The notes beneath the pieces were generated by a model. The model ran no database searches, had not been told where the DNA came from, and saw only the letters and a list, made by a program, of their open reading frames with translations. The position numbers and the translations under genes are program-made. From positions 18,799 through 82,798 of the forward strand of contig JAXLXA010000002.1 in assembly GCA_046328215.1 (NCBI GenBank): a stretch of 64,000 bases of DNA, read 5' to 3'. Source of the DNA: Dehalococcoidia bacterium (lineage in GTDB: Bacteria; Chloroflexota; Dehalococcoidia; Tepidiformales; Tepidiformaceae). Below are positions 1 to 10,597 of this stretch, piece by piece. How positions within the stretch are numbered: position 1 is the stretch's first letter; every line of letters starts with the position of its first letter.

Positions 1-158
1 GGATAGCTACGACCACTGCCGGTACTGTCCCTATGACCTGGTCTGTCCCTCGAACCAGCGGTCAGAGGCGTGGATGTACGACAGGAAGGACGCCGGGCTG
101 GCAGCCTTCGTGGCGCTCTCGGAGATTTCCACGGAGGCGGAACGTGACGACAGTTGAG

Positions 159-3100
159 ATGACCGACGAGGCCGCGCGGCGGATCATCGTCGAACAGACC
201 GAAGAGACGATTTTCGTCGAGGCCGGCGCGGGCACGGGCAAAACGACGGAGCTGGTCGGGCGCATCCTCGCGCTCATCCGGTCCGGTGTGCCGGTCTCGC
301 GCATCGCGGCGATCACCTTCACCGAGAAAGCGGCGTCGGAGCTCGCCGAACGCGTCCGCAAGCGAATCGAAGCGTCCGAGGCGGCGGCGAAGACCGAGGA
401 GCAGCGGGCCGTGTTCACCACCGCGCTCAAGGAGCTGGACCAGGCCGCCATCCAGACACTGCACAGCTTCGCGAGGCGGCTGCTCAGCCTCTATCCGCTC
501 GAAGCCGGCCTTCCGCCTCGAGTCGCCCTGCGCGACGACGTCGAGGCGTCACTGGCGTTCGACGACCGCTGGGCCCGATTCCGGGACCGGTTGCTGGACG
601 ACCCGGAGACCGAGCGCGTGCTGCTTCGTGGCCTGACGACCGGCCTGCGCCTGCGCGACCTCGAAGCGGTGGCGGAGAGCTTCAACCAGAACTGGGACCG
701 CCTGGAGGACATTGCTCTTCCGGCGGCGGCCGAACCGGCGCTGAACCCCGAGCGCGTGCTCGACCCGTTGCGCGAGCTGGCCGCGATGCGCCGCCCGGGC
801 GTCGATGATTCGTTGACGAAGCGCCTTGATTCGGTGGAACCGTGGCTCGCCGGCCTGGATGGCCTTTCGAAAGCACTGCGCGCCAGCAACGGGGACAAAC
901 GCGATGCGTTGGAGCTGGACCTGGTCCGCATCCTGGCCAAGATGCCACAGCTGGCGGGGACCACGAGCCACGGCGGCAACGTGGGCAACAGCAGGTACTG
1001 GTCGGACATCGCGGGGGCGCGCCAGTTGCTCATGGAAGCCGAAGAGGCTCGTGGGGCGATGCTCGACGGCACGCGAAGCTGGGTGCTTTGCGAACTGCTT
1101 CCGCGCCTCTCCCGATTCGTGCTCGAAGGGGCCCAGGAGCGGCGGCGCAACGGTGAACTCGAATTCCACGACCTCCTCGTGCTCGCGCGGGACCTCCTGC
1201 GCACGCGGCCCGACGTCCGCCGGGCGCTGCACGAGCGGTTCCCTCGCATCCTCATCGACGAGTTCCAGGACACCGACCCGTTGCAGGTTGAGCTGGCGGC
1301 GTTGCTCGCCCACTCCGGCGAACAGGGGCCTGTGAGTTGGGACCAGGCCGCCACCGAAGCCGGGCGACTGTTCTTCGTCGGGGACCCGAAGCAGTCGATC
1401 TACCGCTTCCGGCGCGCGGACATCGAGCTGTTCAAGCGGGCGCGAGGCGCTTTCGCGGCGAGGCATGTGCCGCTCAGCAAGAACTTCCGCTGCCGCCCCG
1501 GAATCATCGATTGGGTGAACCTGGTGTGCGCGCGGCTGTTCAATGGCTTCGGGCAGTTTCCGGACGGGCGCCAGGCTGACTGGATTCCCCTCCAACCGGG
1601 GAGAGACACCGTGAAGCCCCCGGTGGTCCACGTCATGGGTGGGCCGGCGGAAGATGAGGTGCTGATGCCGGAGGTCCGGCGGCGCGAGGCCGAGGCGATC
1701 GCAGCCGCCGTCCTCGCCGCTCGCAAGGACAACTGGCTCGGGCAGAACGAGCGAGGAAAGACCACGCGCTACGCCGACATCGCCATCCTCCTGCCCACGC
1801 GCACGAATTCTCCGGCGATCGAGCGGGCGCTGGCGGCGGCGGGAGTGCCGGTGCGCATCGAAAGCCGCTCACTGCTCTTCGCGGCCCAGGAGATCCGGGA
1901 CCTCACCAACATCCTGGCCGCCATCGACGACCCGACGGACGACGTAGCGGTGCTGGCGGCGTTGCGGTCGCCGGCGTTTGCGATGCAGGACGGTGACCTG
2001 CTGGAGCATGTCAAAGCCGGCGGACGCTGGGATTACACGCGTGAGTCGCCCGATGCCTCGCCGGAGTGCGTGCGCGACGCGATGGCCTCGCTCCTCGGGT
2101 TCCACGAGGCACGCTGGCTGCTGAGCATTGGGGCGCTGGTCGAGCGAGTGATCGCGGAGCGGCGGATGCTCGAACTGGCTATTTCCACGTCGCGGCCGCG
2201 GGAAGCCTGGCGCCGGCTCCGCTTCGTTTCGGAACAGGCGCGGGCGCTCGGCGATTCGGGGACCGTCACGTCGCTGCGGCAGTTCGTGCACTGGCTGCGC
2301 ACCCAGGCGAGCGAGCGCGTGCTCATCGCCGAGGCGGTCGCCAACGAGCCAGACGACGATGCGGTGCGCATCCTCACGGTGCACGCTTCCAAGGGCCTCG
2401 AGTTCCCAATCGTGATCCTGGCGGGTCTCGGCATCGAACCGCGGCAGATTCGCCCGAGCATCGCATGGGCGCACGATGCCAGCGGCCGTGAGACCGCGGG
2501 CGTCCACATCGGCCGCTATGGCACGTACTTCGACACACCGGGCTACCAGGGACTCTGGCAGAACGAGAAGGTGCACGAAGCCCTCGAGCGTGACCGCCTG
2601 TTCTACGTTGCCGCCACGCGCGCGAAGGAACGCCTGGTGGTCAGCCTGTTCCACAAGCCGGTCAAGGAGCGGGCCGGCAACGACCATCTCTCGCGGCATG
2701 CCAGGCGGGCCTGCTCCACGGCCGAGTGCCTGTCGGCCATCCAGAACGAAGCCGGCAACTGGCCGGTGCTCCAGATCGGGATGGCGCTGGGCCCCGGACA
2801 GGCGGCTACGAGCACTCTTGAAGACACTGCCGAAGAGCGAGAAACGTGGCTGAAGGCGCGCGAGGAGCGGGTAGCGCGGCTCCGACAGGCGCCGGTGCGG
2901 GCAGTGACGACGCTCGTCCACGGCGACACGGAAGACGACAAGCCCGAACCGGAAATCGAGGAGCAGCCGTGGCGGAAGGGCCGGGCCGGCACGTCGATCG
3001 GCCGCGCGGTGCACGCCGTGATGCAGACAATCGACCTGTCGACCGGCGAACACCTCCGGGAGACCGCGGAATCGCAGGCGCTGGCGGAAGGGATCGCGAA

Positions 3101-3497
3101 TCAGGCGGCGCACGTTGCGCGCCTGGCAGAGAGCGCCCGGACGTCGCCATCCATCGTGGCCGCCGTGGCAACCGGCCGGTACTGGCGCGAGTTGTACGTG
3201 GGTGTGCCCATCGCCGGGACGCTCGTCGAGGGGTTCATCGACCTGCTCTACGAGTCGCCGGACGGCCTCGTTGTCGTCGACTACAAGACGGATTCGGTGC
3301 GGGACGAGGCCGCGATCGACGCTGCGATGGAGCGGTACCGGCTGCAGGGCGCGGCGTACGCGCTCGCGCTGGAGCGGGCGCTGGGCAGGCCCGTTGCGCG
3401 CGCGGTGTTCGTTTTCACCGAACCGCGGGCCGAACGAGAAGGCACCGACTTGCCGGGCGCGAAGGCAGAGATAGAAGCGCTGCTGGCGAAGGCGTAG
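159..3497 (+). CDS. ATP-dependent helicase-nuclease, UvrD/AddA-like (N-terminal SF1 helicase, C-terminal PD-(D/E)XK nuclease)
   Basis: Walker A AGAGTGKTTELVGRI near the N-terminus. UvrD motif II DEFQDTDPLQ. GDPKQSIYRFRRAD. C-terminal nuclease-like VEGFIDLLYESPDGLVVVDYKTD. Start taken at MTDEAARR within ORF 33..3497. Confidence 0.8.
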   Translation: MTDEAARRIIVEQTEETIFVEAGAGTGKTTELVGRILALIRSGVPVSRIAAITFTEKAASELAERVRKRIEASEAAAKTEEQRAVFTTALKELDQAAIQTLHSFARRLLSLYPLEAGLPPRVALRDDVEASLAFDDRWARFRDRLLDDPETERVLLRGLTTGLRLRDLEAVAESFNQNWDRLEDIALPAAAEPALNPERVLDPLRELAAMRRPGVDDSLTKRLDSVEPWLAGLDGLSKALRASNGDKRDALELDLVRILAKMPQLAGTTSHGGNVGNSRYWSDIAGARQLLMEAEEARGAMLDGTRSWVLCELLPRLSRFVLEGAQERRRNGELEFHDLLVLARDLLRTRPDVRRALHERFPRILIDEFQDTDPLQVELAALLAHSGEQGPVSWDQAATEAGRLFFVGDPKQSIYRFRRADIELFKRARGAFAARHVPLSKNFRCRPGIIDWVNLVCARLFNGFGQFPDGRQADWIPLQPGRDTVKPPVVHVMGGPAEDEVLMPEVRRREAEAIAAAVLAARKDNWLGQNERGKTTRYADIAILLPTRTNSPAIERALAAAGVPVRIESRSLLFAAQEIRDLTNILAAIDDPTDDVAVLAALRSPAFAMQDGDLLEHVKAGGRWDYTRESPDASPECVRDAMASLLGFHEARWLLSIGALVERVIAERRMLELAISTSRPREAWRRLRFVSEQARALGDSGTVTSLRQFVHWLRTQASERVLIAEAVANEPDDDAVRILTVHASKGLEFPIVILAGLGIEPRQIRPSIAWAHDASGRETAGVHIGRYGTYFDTPGYQGLWQNEKVHEALERDRLFYVAATRAKERLVVSLFHKPVKERAGNDHLSRHARRACSTAECLSAIQNEAGNWPVLQIGMALGPGQAATSTLEDTAEERETWLKAREERVARLRQAPVRAVTTLVHGDTEDDKPEPEIEEQPWRKGRAGTSIGRAVHAVMQTIDLSTGEHLRETAESQALAEGIANQAAHVARLAESARTSPSIVAAVATGRYWRELYVGVPIAGTLVEGFIDLLYESPDGLVVVDYKTDSVRDEAAIDAAMERYRLQGAAYALALERALGRPVARAVFVFTEPRAEREGTDLPGAKAEIEALLAKA

Positions 3498-4862
<1,365 letters not shown>

Positions 4863-4889
4863 GCCGCGAGTCTAGTACGAAGCTCATGA

Positions 4890-5255
4890 ATCCGCCGAAC
4901 CGACTCAGCCCTCAGTACGCGTCCACGGATCAGGGTGTCGGAGTGGACGGAACCGCGACCCTTGCCGGAGCGGCTCACGGCTTAGTGAGAGAGCCGCGCG
5001 GTAGCCACCCACCATCCGGGCTCACGAACTCGCTCGCTGACTCGTGACCTGGTGGCCTGGTCACGATCCGCTCCCGATGGGTCGCGGTTCAACGACGGGT
5101 GGCGGTTGGATGCGGCCTGCCCTGCTCAGTCCTCAGTCCTTTGCACTTTTCACCTTGTCCCGTAGTGGCTGGCGCGTGGCTGTGTCGCTAAGCCACGATC
5201 CGCTTACTGTCGTGCACGGTTCGACTTGGCGTGGCGCCCTACTCAGTCCTCAGTA
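4890..5255. repeat. Left part of repeat array 1: a diverged unit plus one ~135 bp unit carrying (CTCAGTC)n, and a solo IS630-like terminal repeat at ~4905-4940
   Basis: tcagccctcagtacgcgtccacggatcagggtgtcgga at ~4905-4940 matches the left TIR of the IS at 5256. Unit 5130-5253 matches the units at 6480-6905. Confidence 0.7.
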
Positions 5256-5267
5256 CGCGTCCACGGA

Positions 5268-5750
5268 TTAGGGTGTCGGAATGGGGAAACGGTTGGATTG
5301 AGGGGGTGCCATGACGCGGGTGAGTGAGGCAGAGGTCCAGTTGAAGGGGTGAGCGCGTGCGTTCCAGCGAGCGATGTACTGCAGGATCGCAGCCGCGAGT
5401 TCATCGCAGCTCGGGTAGTTTGCCAGGCGCAGGAGCTTGCGTTGGATGATCCCGAACCATTGCTCGACCTGGTTTAGCCAGGAGCAGTGGACCGGCGGGA
5501 AGTGGAAGGCAAAACGTGGATGTTCGGCGAGCCAGGCCTCGGCGGCCGTGCCTTTATGGACACGAAGGTTGTCGAGGACGACGTGGATCGTCCGGATCGC
5601 CTGCAGGGTGTAAGCATCGAGCCACTCCAGGAACGAGAGAAACTCGGTCGCCCGCTTCCGTGCGGCCGTCATTCCGACAACGTTCCCGCTGCGAGTGTCG
5701 AAGGCCGCGAAGAGGTTGAGTGCACCGCTGCGTTCGTACTCGTGCTCTAC
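5268..5750 (-). pseudogene. IS630-family transposase, C-terminal DDE part (orfB). The frame continues upstream without ATG (…VEHEYERSGALNLFAAFD…), so a frameshift is needed to join orfA.
   Basis: Motifs HVVLDNLRVHK and SWLNQVEQWF (second D and E of DDE). The out-of-frame upstream peptide EHEYERSGALNLFAAFDTRSGNVVG is typical of IS630 transposases. Confidence 0.7.
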
Positions 5751-6397
5751 CTGGACTGTCTTGCCGCAACGGGCGGGCCGCGTGGCTGCAACCGCTTCCT
5801 CGGCTGTAGGCTCGTCTTTTCGTCGAGGCAGATCACTGTCTCATCAGGGCTCAGCCGCCGGGTGTACAAGTCGATGATTGAGCTCACCTGCTGCGCGAAG
5901 GCGAGGTCGCGGGGGACCCGGCGCGAAAGCCACGCGTGCCAGCGCCAGGGTCGGAGTTGATGATGGCGCAGGACCCGGCGGACCGTCTCGGCGGAGATGC
6001 CTTCGACGATCCCTTCGTCTACCAGTTGCCGAGCGATCTCGGTGCAATCCCACTGGCCGAGCGGCACCCCGCGCTCCTCCGGCAACTCGCACGCCATCTT
6101 CACGATGTGGACGGCTACCTTAGGGGAAAAGATCGGCTTTCGGCCGCGGCCAGTCCGGTCGTTGAGGCCCGCTAATCTCTCCCTCTCGTAGCGTCGCCCC
6201 CACTTCCGTACGATGCGGACGCCCAGCCCACAATCTTCGGCAGTCTCCCGCTCCGACACCTTCGCATCCAGAAGCAAGATAGCCCGCGCTCGTCTCCAGT
6301 GACCCACCGGGAGCGTGGTCATCCGGCAGCGGCGTTCCAATTCCGCTCGTTCCTCATCGGTGAGTGCGATCTGAAAGCTGAGCTTGCGGCCTCGCAT
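5747..6397 (-). CDS. IS630-family transposase, N-terminal HTH part (orfA) ending at the ...CLDEKTSLQ motif
   Basis: Typical IS630 N-terminus (helix-turn-helix, ...VICLDEKTSLQ first catalytic Asp region). The reading frame then shifts. Confidence 0.75.
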   Translation of the reverse strand: MRGRKLSFQIALTDEERAELERRCRMTTLPVGHWRRARAILLLDAKVSERETAEDCGLGVRIVRKWGRRYERERLAGLNDRTGRGRKPIFSPKVAVHIVKMACELPEERGVPLGQWDCTEIARQLVDEGIVEGISAETVRRVLRHHQLRPWRWHAWLSRRVPRDLAFAQQVSSIIDLYTRRLSPDETVICLDEKTSLQPRKRLQPRGPPVAARQSR

Positions 6398-6479
6398 GCA
6401 ATCCCTCGTCCTGCCACCACCTTAAGTATCCCTATCGATCACTTACTCAGCAATTCAGACACCCTAATCCGTGGCGGCG

Positions 6480-6905
6480 TACTCAGTCCTCAGTCCTCAG
6501 TCCTCAGTCCTCAGTCCTTTGCACTTTCACCTTGTCCGGTGATGGCTACCGCGTGGCTGTGTCGCTAAGCCACGATCCGCTTACTGTCGTGCACGGTTCG
6601 ACTTGGCGTGGCGCCCTACTCAGTCCTCAGTCCTCAGTCCTCAGTCCTCAGTCCTCAGTCCTTCGCACTTTCGACCTGGTGATGGCTACCGCGTGGCTGT
6701 GTCGCTAAGCCGTGATCCGCTTACTGTCGTGCGCGGTTCGACTTGGCGTGGCGCCCCACTCAGTCCTCAGTCCTTTGCACTTTTCACCTTGTCCCGTGGT
6801 GGCTGGCGCGTGGCTGTGTCGCTAAGCCACGATCCGCTTACTGTCGTGCGCGGTTCGACTTGGTGTGGCGCCCCACTCAGTCCTCAGTCCTTTGCACTTT
6901 CGACT
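6480..6905. repeat. Repeat array 1, right part: ~3.5 tandem units of ~140 bp with variable (CTCAGTC)n tracts (n=4, 5, 2, 2)
   Basis: Repeated ...tttgcactttcaccttgtcc.ggtgatggct.gcgcgtggctgtgtcgctaagccacgatccgcttactgtcgtgc.cggttcgacttggcgtggcgcc..actcagtcctcag... Internal hairpin cgtggct-N9-agccacg. Confidence 0.85.
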
Positions 6906-6909
6906 CCAC

Positions 6910-7959
6910 TCAGTCGTCTGCGTCTTCCGGCTGCGGCGCGCTTGATCCGACCACCGTGGTCCGCGCTGGAATCTCCTTGGCGATGCCGCGTAGCGTGTCC
7001 ACCACCTTATTGTCGACAGCGTCGCGGGCGGCGCGGATGGCACTGAAGATAGCGCGGGCGTTGGAGCGGCCATGGCCGATGATGACGATGCCGTCGACTC
7101 CGACGAGCTGGGCGCCGCCGTATTCGGCGTAGTCCAGGCGCCGTCGCACTTTTCGCAGTTCGGACATGAGGATCAGGCCGGCGGCGCGGTTCCAGGGAGT
7201 CAGTTCCACCGCCTTGCGGATCTCGCCCAGCAGCAGTTCGGCCATGCCCTCCGCGGTCTTGAGGACGACGTTTCCGGTGAAGCCGTCCATGACGGCGACG
7301 TCGCAGACCCCCTTGGTCAGGTCCTTGCCCTCGACGTTGCCCATGAAGTTGAGACGGCTCGCGCGGAGGGCTTCGTTGACTTCGATCGTGAGCTGGTTGC
7401 CCTTTGTGTCTTCTTCGCCGATGGAGAGGAGGCCGACCTTCGGGCTTTGGACCTTGAACATGCGCTCCATGTAGGCGGCGCCCATGTAGGCGAACTGCAG
7501 CAGGTGAATCGGCCGGCAGTCGGCGTTCGCGCCAACGTCGAGGAGCATCGTCAGGCGGCCCTCGCCGGTCGGGAAGATGGTGGCCAGGGCCGGGCGGCCG
7601 ATGCCCTTGATGCGGCCGAGCGTGAGCAGGGCCGCCGCCATCGTCGCGCCGGTGTTGCCGGCGGTGATGAAGGCGTCCGCCTTCCCTTCTTTGACCATGC
7701 GCAGGCCAACGTTGATCGAACTGTTCGGCTTGTTTTTCGCTGCTTCGGCCGGGTGTTCGTCCATCGCGATGACGTCCGGGGCGTCGACGATCTTGAAGTT
7801 GCTGGCCCTGGCGCCTTCCATTTCCGCTTCGATGGCCGCGCGCCGGCCGACGAGGATGAGCTCGACGCCGAGCCCGCCGGCCGCCATGAGCGCGCCCGCG
7901 ACGATCTCGCCGGGCGCGTTGTCCCCGCCCATCGCATCGACCACGATTCGAGCGGTCAT
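6910..7959 (-). CDS. plsX: phosphate acyltransferase PlsX
   Basis: MTARIVVDAMGGDNAPGEIVAGAL..., GNTGATMAAAL and GFTGNVVLKTAEG motifs. Confidence 0.9.
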   Translation of the reverse strand: MTARIVVDAMGGDNAPGEIVAGALMAAGGLGVELILVGRRAAIEAEMEGARASNFKIVDAPDVIAMDEHPAEAAKNKPNSSINVGLRMVKEGKADAFITAGNTGATMAAALLTLGRIKGIGRPALATIFPTGEGRLTMLLDVGANADCRPIHLLQFAYMGAAYMERMFKVQSPKVGLLSIGEEDTKGNQLTIEVNEALRASRLNFMGNVEGKDLTKGVCDVAVMDGFTGNVVLKTAEGMAELLLGEIRKAVELTPWNRAAGLILMSELRKVRRRLDYAEYGGAQLVGVDGIVIIGHGRSNARAIFSAIRAARDAVDNKVVDTLRGIAKEIPARTTVVGSSAPQPEDADD

Positions 7960-8723
7960 CCTTCCCTCCTGCGCGCAATCGCGATCATCCGCTCGCTGTC
8001 GTTGGTCAGCGGGCCGAGGTCATAGTCCCCGTAGATGTCCGAGAGAACCAGCCCGGCCGCATCCAGCAGGTACTCGAGTTCGAAACGGTAGACGTAGCGA
8101 AGCTGGTGCTCGCTCACGCGCCGGCGGACAAGGCCATCTTCGGCGTGGGTTTCGTAGCTGATTCGGAGGTACCGCGTCTGGGTGGCCAGGTCGTCTTCGT
8201 GGAGGTGGAAGCAGTCGAAATGCTGGCCTTCGGCCGTTTCGCCTGAGAACACGAGGCGCTGGACGCCGTTCGCCTCGGGGTCGAGCGACGACGCGGGGCC
8301 GGGGAGGTCGATAGCGACGAGCCCATTGAACACGAGTGCGTCGGCGAGGCGGACCAGCGTGGCGCGCTGTTCTTCGCCGTCTTCGCAGTAGAGGAAGACG
8401 TCGAGCGGCAGGAGGATCAGCCCGTAATGCTCGCGCTCGAGGGTGAGGTCGAGCACGCGGCCCTCGATGAACGAGACATCGATGGCGTCGTCTTCTGCCT
8501 TCTGGCGGGCGATCGCCAGCATCGATGGCGAAGGGTCGACGCCGGTAACCGCGTAGCCCTGGCGGGCCAATTCGACGGCGATGCGGCCCGTGCCGCAGCC
8601 CACTTCGAGCACCGGCCGGTCAGTGCGCCCGGCGAAGGAAGCCCAGAGCCCGGTGTCTTCGCGGAAGTCGCCGTGGATGGCGTCGTAGAACGCCGCGTCA
8701 ACGGCGTAAGGGTCGGTGGACAT
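7956..8723 (-). CDS. class I SAM-dependent methyltransferase
   Basis: Motif I VLEVGCGTGRIAVELARQGYAVTGVD. 255 aa. Confidence 0.8.
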   Translation of the reverse strand: MSTDPYAVDAAFYDAIHGDFREDTGLWASFAGRTDRPVLEVGCGTGRIAVELARQGYAVTGVDPSPSMLAIARQKAEDDAIDVSFIEGRVLDLTLEREHYGLILLPLDVFLYCEDGEEQRATLVRLADALVFNGLVAIDLPGPASSLDPEANGVQRLVFSGETAEGQHFDCFHLHEDDLATQTRYLRISYETHAEDGLVRRRVSEHQLRYVYRFELEYLLDAAGLVLSDIYGDYDLGPLTNDSERMIAIARRREG

Positions 8724-8947
8724 TGGGCTGGATGCTAGGGCACCGGCTGTGGAACGCGCTACACGCGCCGATTACTCGGATGTGAGGCAAATGCTTTTCG
8801 GTATGGCACTCATTGTGGCGTATTTCGTGCTGCCGGGTTGCACGGGGATGAACTGACGCCCGCTTAGTTAAGGTCGGGCTAATAATTTCTGTCACAGACC
8901 AGATCTCTGCTACGCTCGATGACACACTCATCCCGGCCGGAGTCTGA

Positions 8948-10597
8948 ATGGCGCAGCGAGTCATCGAATCACGCCCAATCGGCGAGTTCCTCACCAACCG
9001 TCAGAAGCTCGTCGTCATGGGCTCCCTGATGATCGCGATGTTCATCAGCGCGCTCGACCAGTCCATTGTCGCCACGGCCACACCGCATATCCTCGCGGAC
9101 CTCGGCGGTTTCAAGCTCATCTCGTGGGTGTTCACCATCTACCTGCTGGCCTCCACGGTCACGGTGCCGCTGGTTGGCAAGCTGTCGGACATGTTCGGGC
9201 GGAAGCCGTTCCTCATCTCCGGCATCCTCGTCTTCGTGGCGGCGTCGGCGGCCTGTGGCGCGGCGCCGAACATGCTCGCGCTGATCATCGCCCGGGCGGT
9301 GCAGGGTATCGGCGGCGGCATCCTCTTTGGCTCAGTGTTCGCGACGCTCGGTGACCTGTTCACGCCGCTCGAGCGCGCCCGCTTCATGGGCTACTTCATC
9401 GGCGCGTTCACGCTCGCTTCGCTCGTCGGGCCGACGGCCGGCGGCTTCCTCACGGACGGTCCTGGCTGGCGCTGGTGCTTCTATATCAACCTTCCGGTCG
9501 GCGCGATCGCGACGGTGGCGGTCTGGAAGAACCTGCCGTTCACGATGAAGGGCGGCAACATCCGCGACATCGACTTCCTCGGGTCGGCGCTGCTTTCGGC
9601 GGCGACGATCTGCATCCTGCTCGGCCTTGTCTGGTCGCACACGGAGTTCGGCTGGGGCTCGCCCGAAACGGTCGGCCTGTTCGCGGCTGGGCTGGTCCTG
9701 ACGGTCGCCTTCCTGTTCCAGGAGTCGCGGCACCCGCAGGCGATTTTCCCGCTGCACATCTTCAAGAACCGCACATTCGTGATGGCGAACCTGCTGGTCG
9801 TGATCCAGGGCGGCGGCATGTTCGGCGCCATCACCTACCTGCCGACCTTCGTCCAGATCGCCCTCGGGCGCTCCGCCACGGACTCCGGCCTCGTCTCTAC
9901 CCCGCAGTCCATCGGCTTGCTGATGACGAGCTTCATCGGCGGCCAGCTCGTGTCACGCACCGGGAAGTTCAAGCTCCAGGTCATCGCCGGCTCGGCGGTC
10001 AGCCTGGCGGCCACGATGCTCATGCAAACGCTCCACGTCGGCACTCCCGCGTGGCACATCAGCGTGTTCATGTTCATCTTCGGCCTCGGTGGTGGCCTCG
10101 TCGGCCCGACGATTTCGGTCATCGTCCAGAGCTCGGTGCCGCAGTCGCTCATGGGCGTGGCCACCAGCAGCCGGCAGTTCTTCATGCAGATCGGCCAGGT
10201 CATGGGCGTGGCCATCTTCGGCCTGGTGTTCACGACGACCTACGGCTCCGCGTTCACTTCCAACATCTCGGCTGACACCGCGGCGACGCTTCGCCAGGCG
10301 AACGCCACTGAGCAATTCCACGACCCAACACTCGCCCTGGACGAACGAGGTCTGGCCAAGGTGAGGGCGGAGCTGGCGTCCCAACCTGACGGCGCGGCGG
10401 CCCTGACCGATGCGACGAACGCCCAGAAGGACGCGGTCTCCACGGCCACGACGCGGCTGTTCCTGGGATCGACCCTGGCCGGCATCCTCGTGCTCGTGGT
10501 GGCTGTCGCGATGCACGAAATCCCGCTGCGCCGGTCGTTCTCGCAGGAGCCGGGGCAGGAGCACGCCGTCCCCGTCATGGAACCGGAGATGGTCTGA
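8948..10597 (+). CDS. MFS transporter, DHA2 (14-TMS drug:H+ antiporter) family
   Basis: MFS signature GKLSDMFGRKPFLISGILVF near the N-terminus. Many hydrophobic segments. 549 aa. A ~220 nt leader lies upstream. Confidence 0.85.
   Translation: MAQRVIESRPIGEFLTNRQKLVVMGSLMIAMFISALDQSIVATATPHILADLGGFKLISWVFTIYLLASTVTVPLVGKLSDMFGRKPFLISGILVFVAASAACGAAPNMLALIIARAVQGIGGGILFGSVFATLGDLFTPLERARFMGYFIGAFTLASLVGPTAGGFLTDGPGWRWCFYINLPVGAIATVAVWKNLPFTMKGGNIRDIDFLGSALLSAATICILLGLVWSHTEFGWGSPETVGLFAAGLVLTVAFLFQESRHPQAIFPLHIFKNRTFVMANLLVVIQGGGMFGAITYLPTFVQIALGRSATDSGLVSTPQSIGLLMTSFIGGQLVSRTGKFKLQVIAGSAVSLAATMLMQTLHVGTPAWHISVFMFIFGLGGGLVGPTISVIVQSSVPQSLMGVATSSRQFFMQIGQVMGVAIFGLVFTTTYGSAFTSNISADTAATLRQANATEQFHDPTLALDERGLAKVRAELASQPDGAAALTDATNAQKDAVSTATTRLFLGSTLAGILVLVVAVAMHEIPLRRSFSQEPGQEHAVPVMEPEMV

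Larger units (their letters stand above)
5256..6479 (-). mobile_element. IS630-family insertion sequence (~1.22 kb) with 25 bp imperfect TIRs and TA target duplication
   Basis: Left end cgcgtccacggattagggtgtcgga. Right end (reverse complement) cgccgccacggattagggtgtctga. Both are flanked by TA inside a ctcagtcctcagTActcagtcc tract. Interior encodes IS630/Tc1-mariner-like transposase ORFs. Confidence 0.85.

Noticed and set aside
4890-6905. Possible CRISPR array (regular repeats)
   Set aside because: Whole ~140 bp units are repeated with no unique spacer-sized segments. No cas genes. Unit length is far larger than CRISPR repeats. The same holds for the arrays at 29500-30062 and 44690-45070.
6480-6905. 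tRNA-like T-loop (ggttcgactt) inside repeat units
   Set aside because: Only partial resemblance to the GGTTCGANTCC box. No acceptor or anticodon stem structure could be traced.
7007-8025. ORFs 7007..7978(-) and 7072..8025(+) overlapping plsX
   Set aside because: Out-of-frame or antisense to the well-conserved plsX. The composition (Arg/Gly/Pro runs) indicates spurious ORFs.
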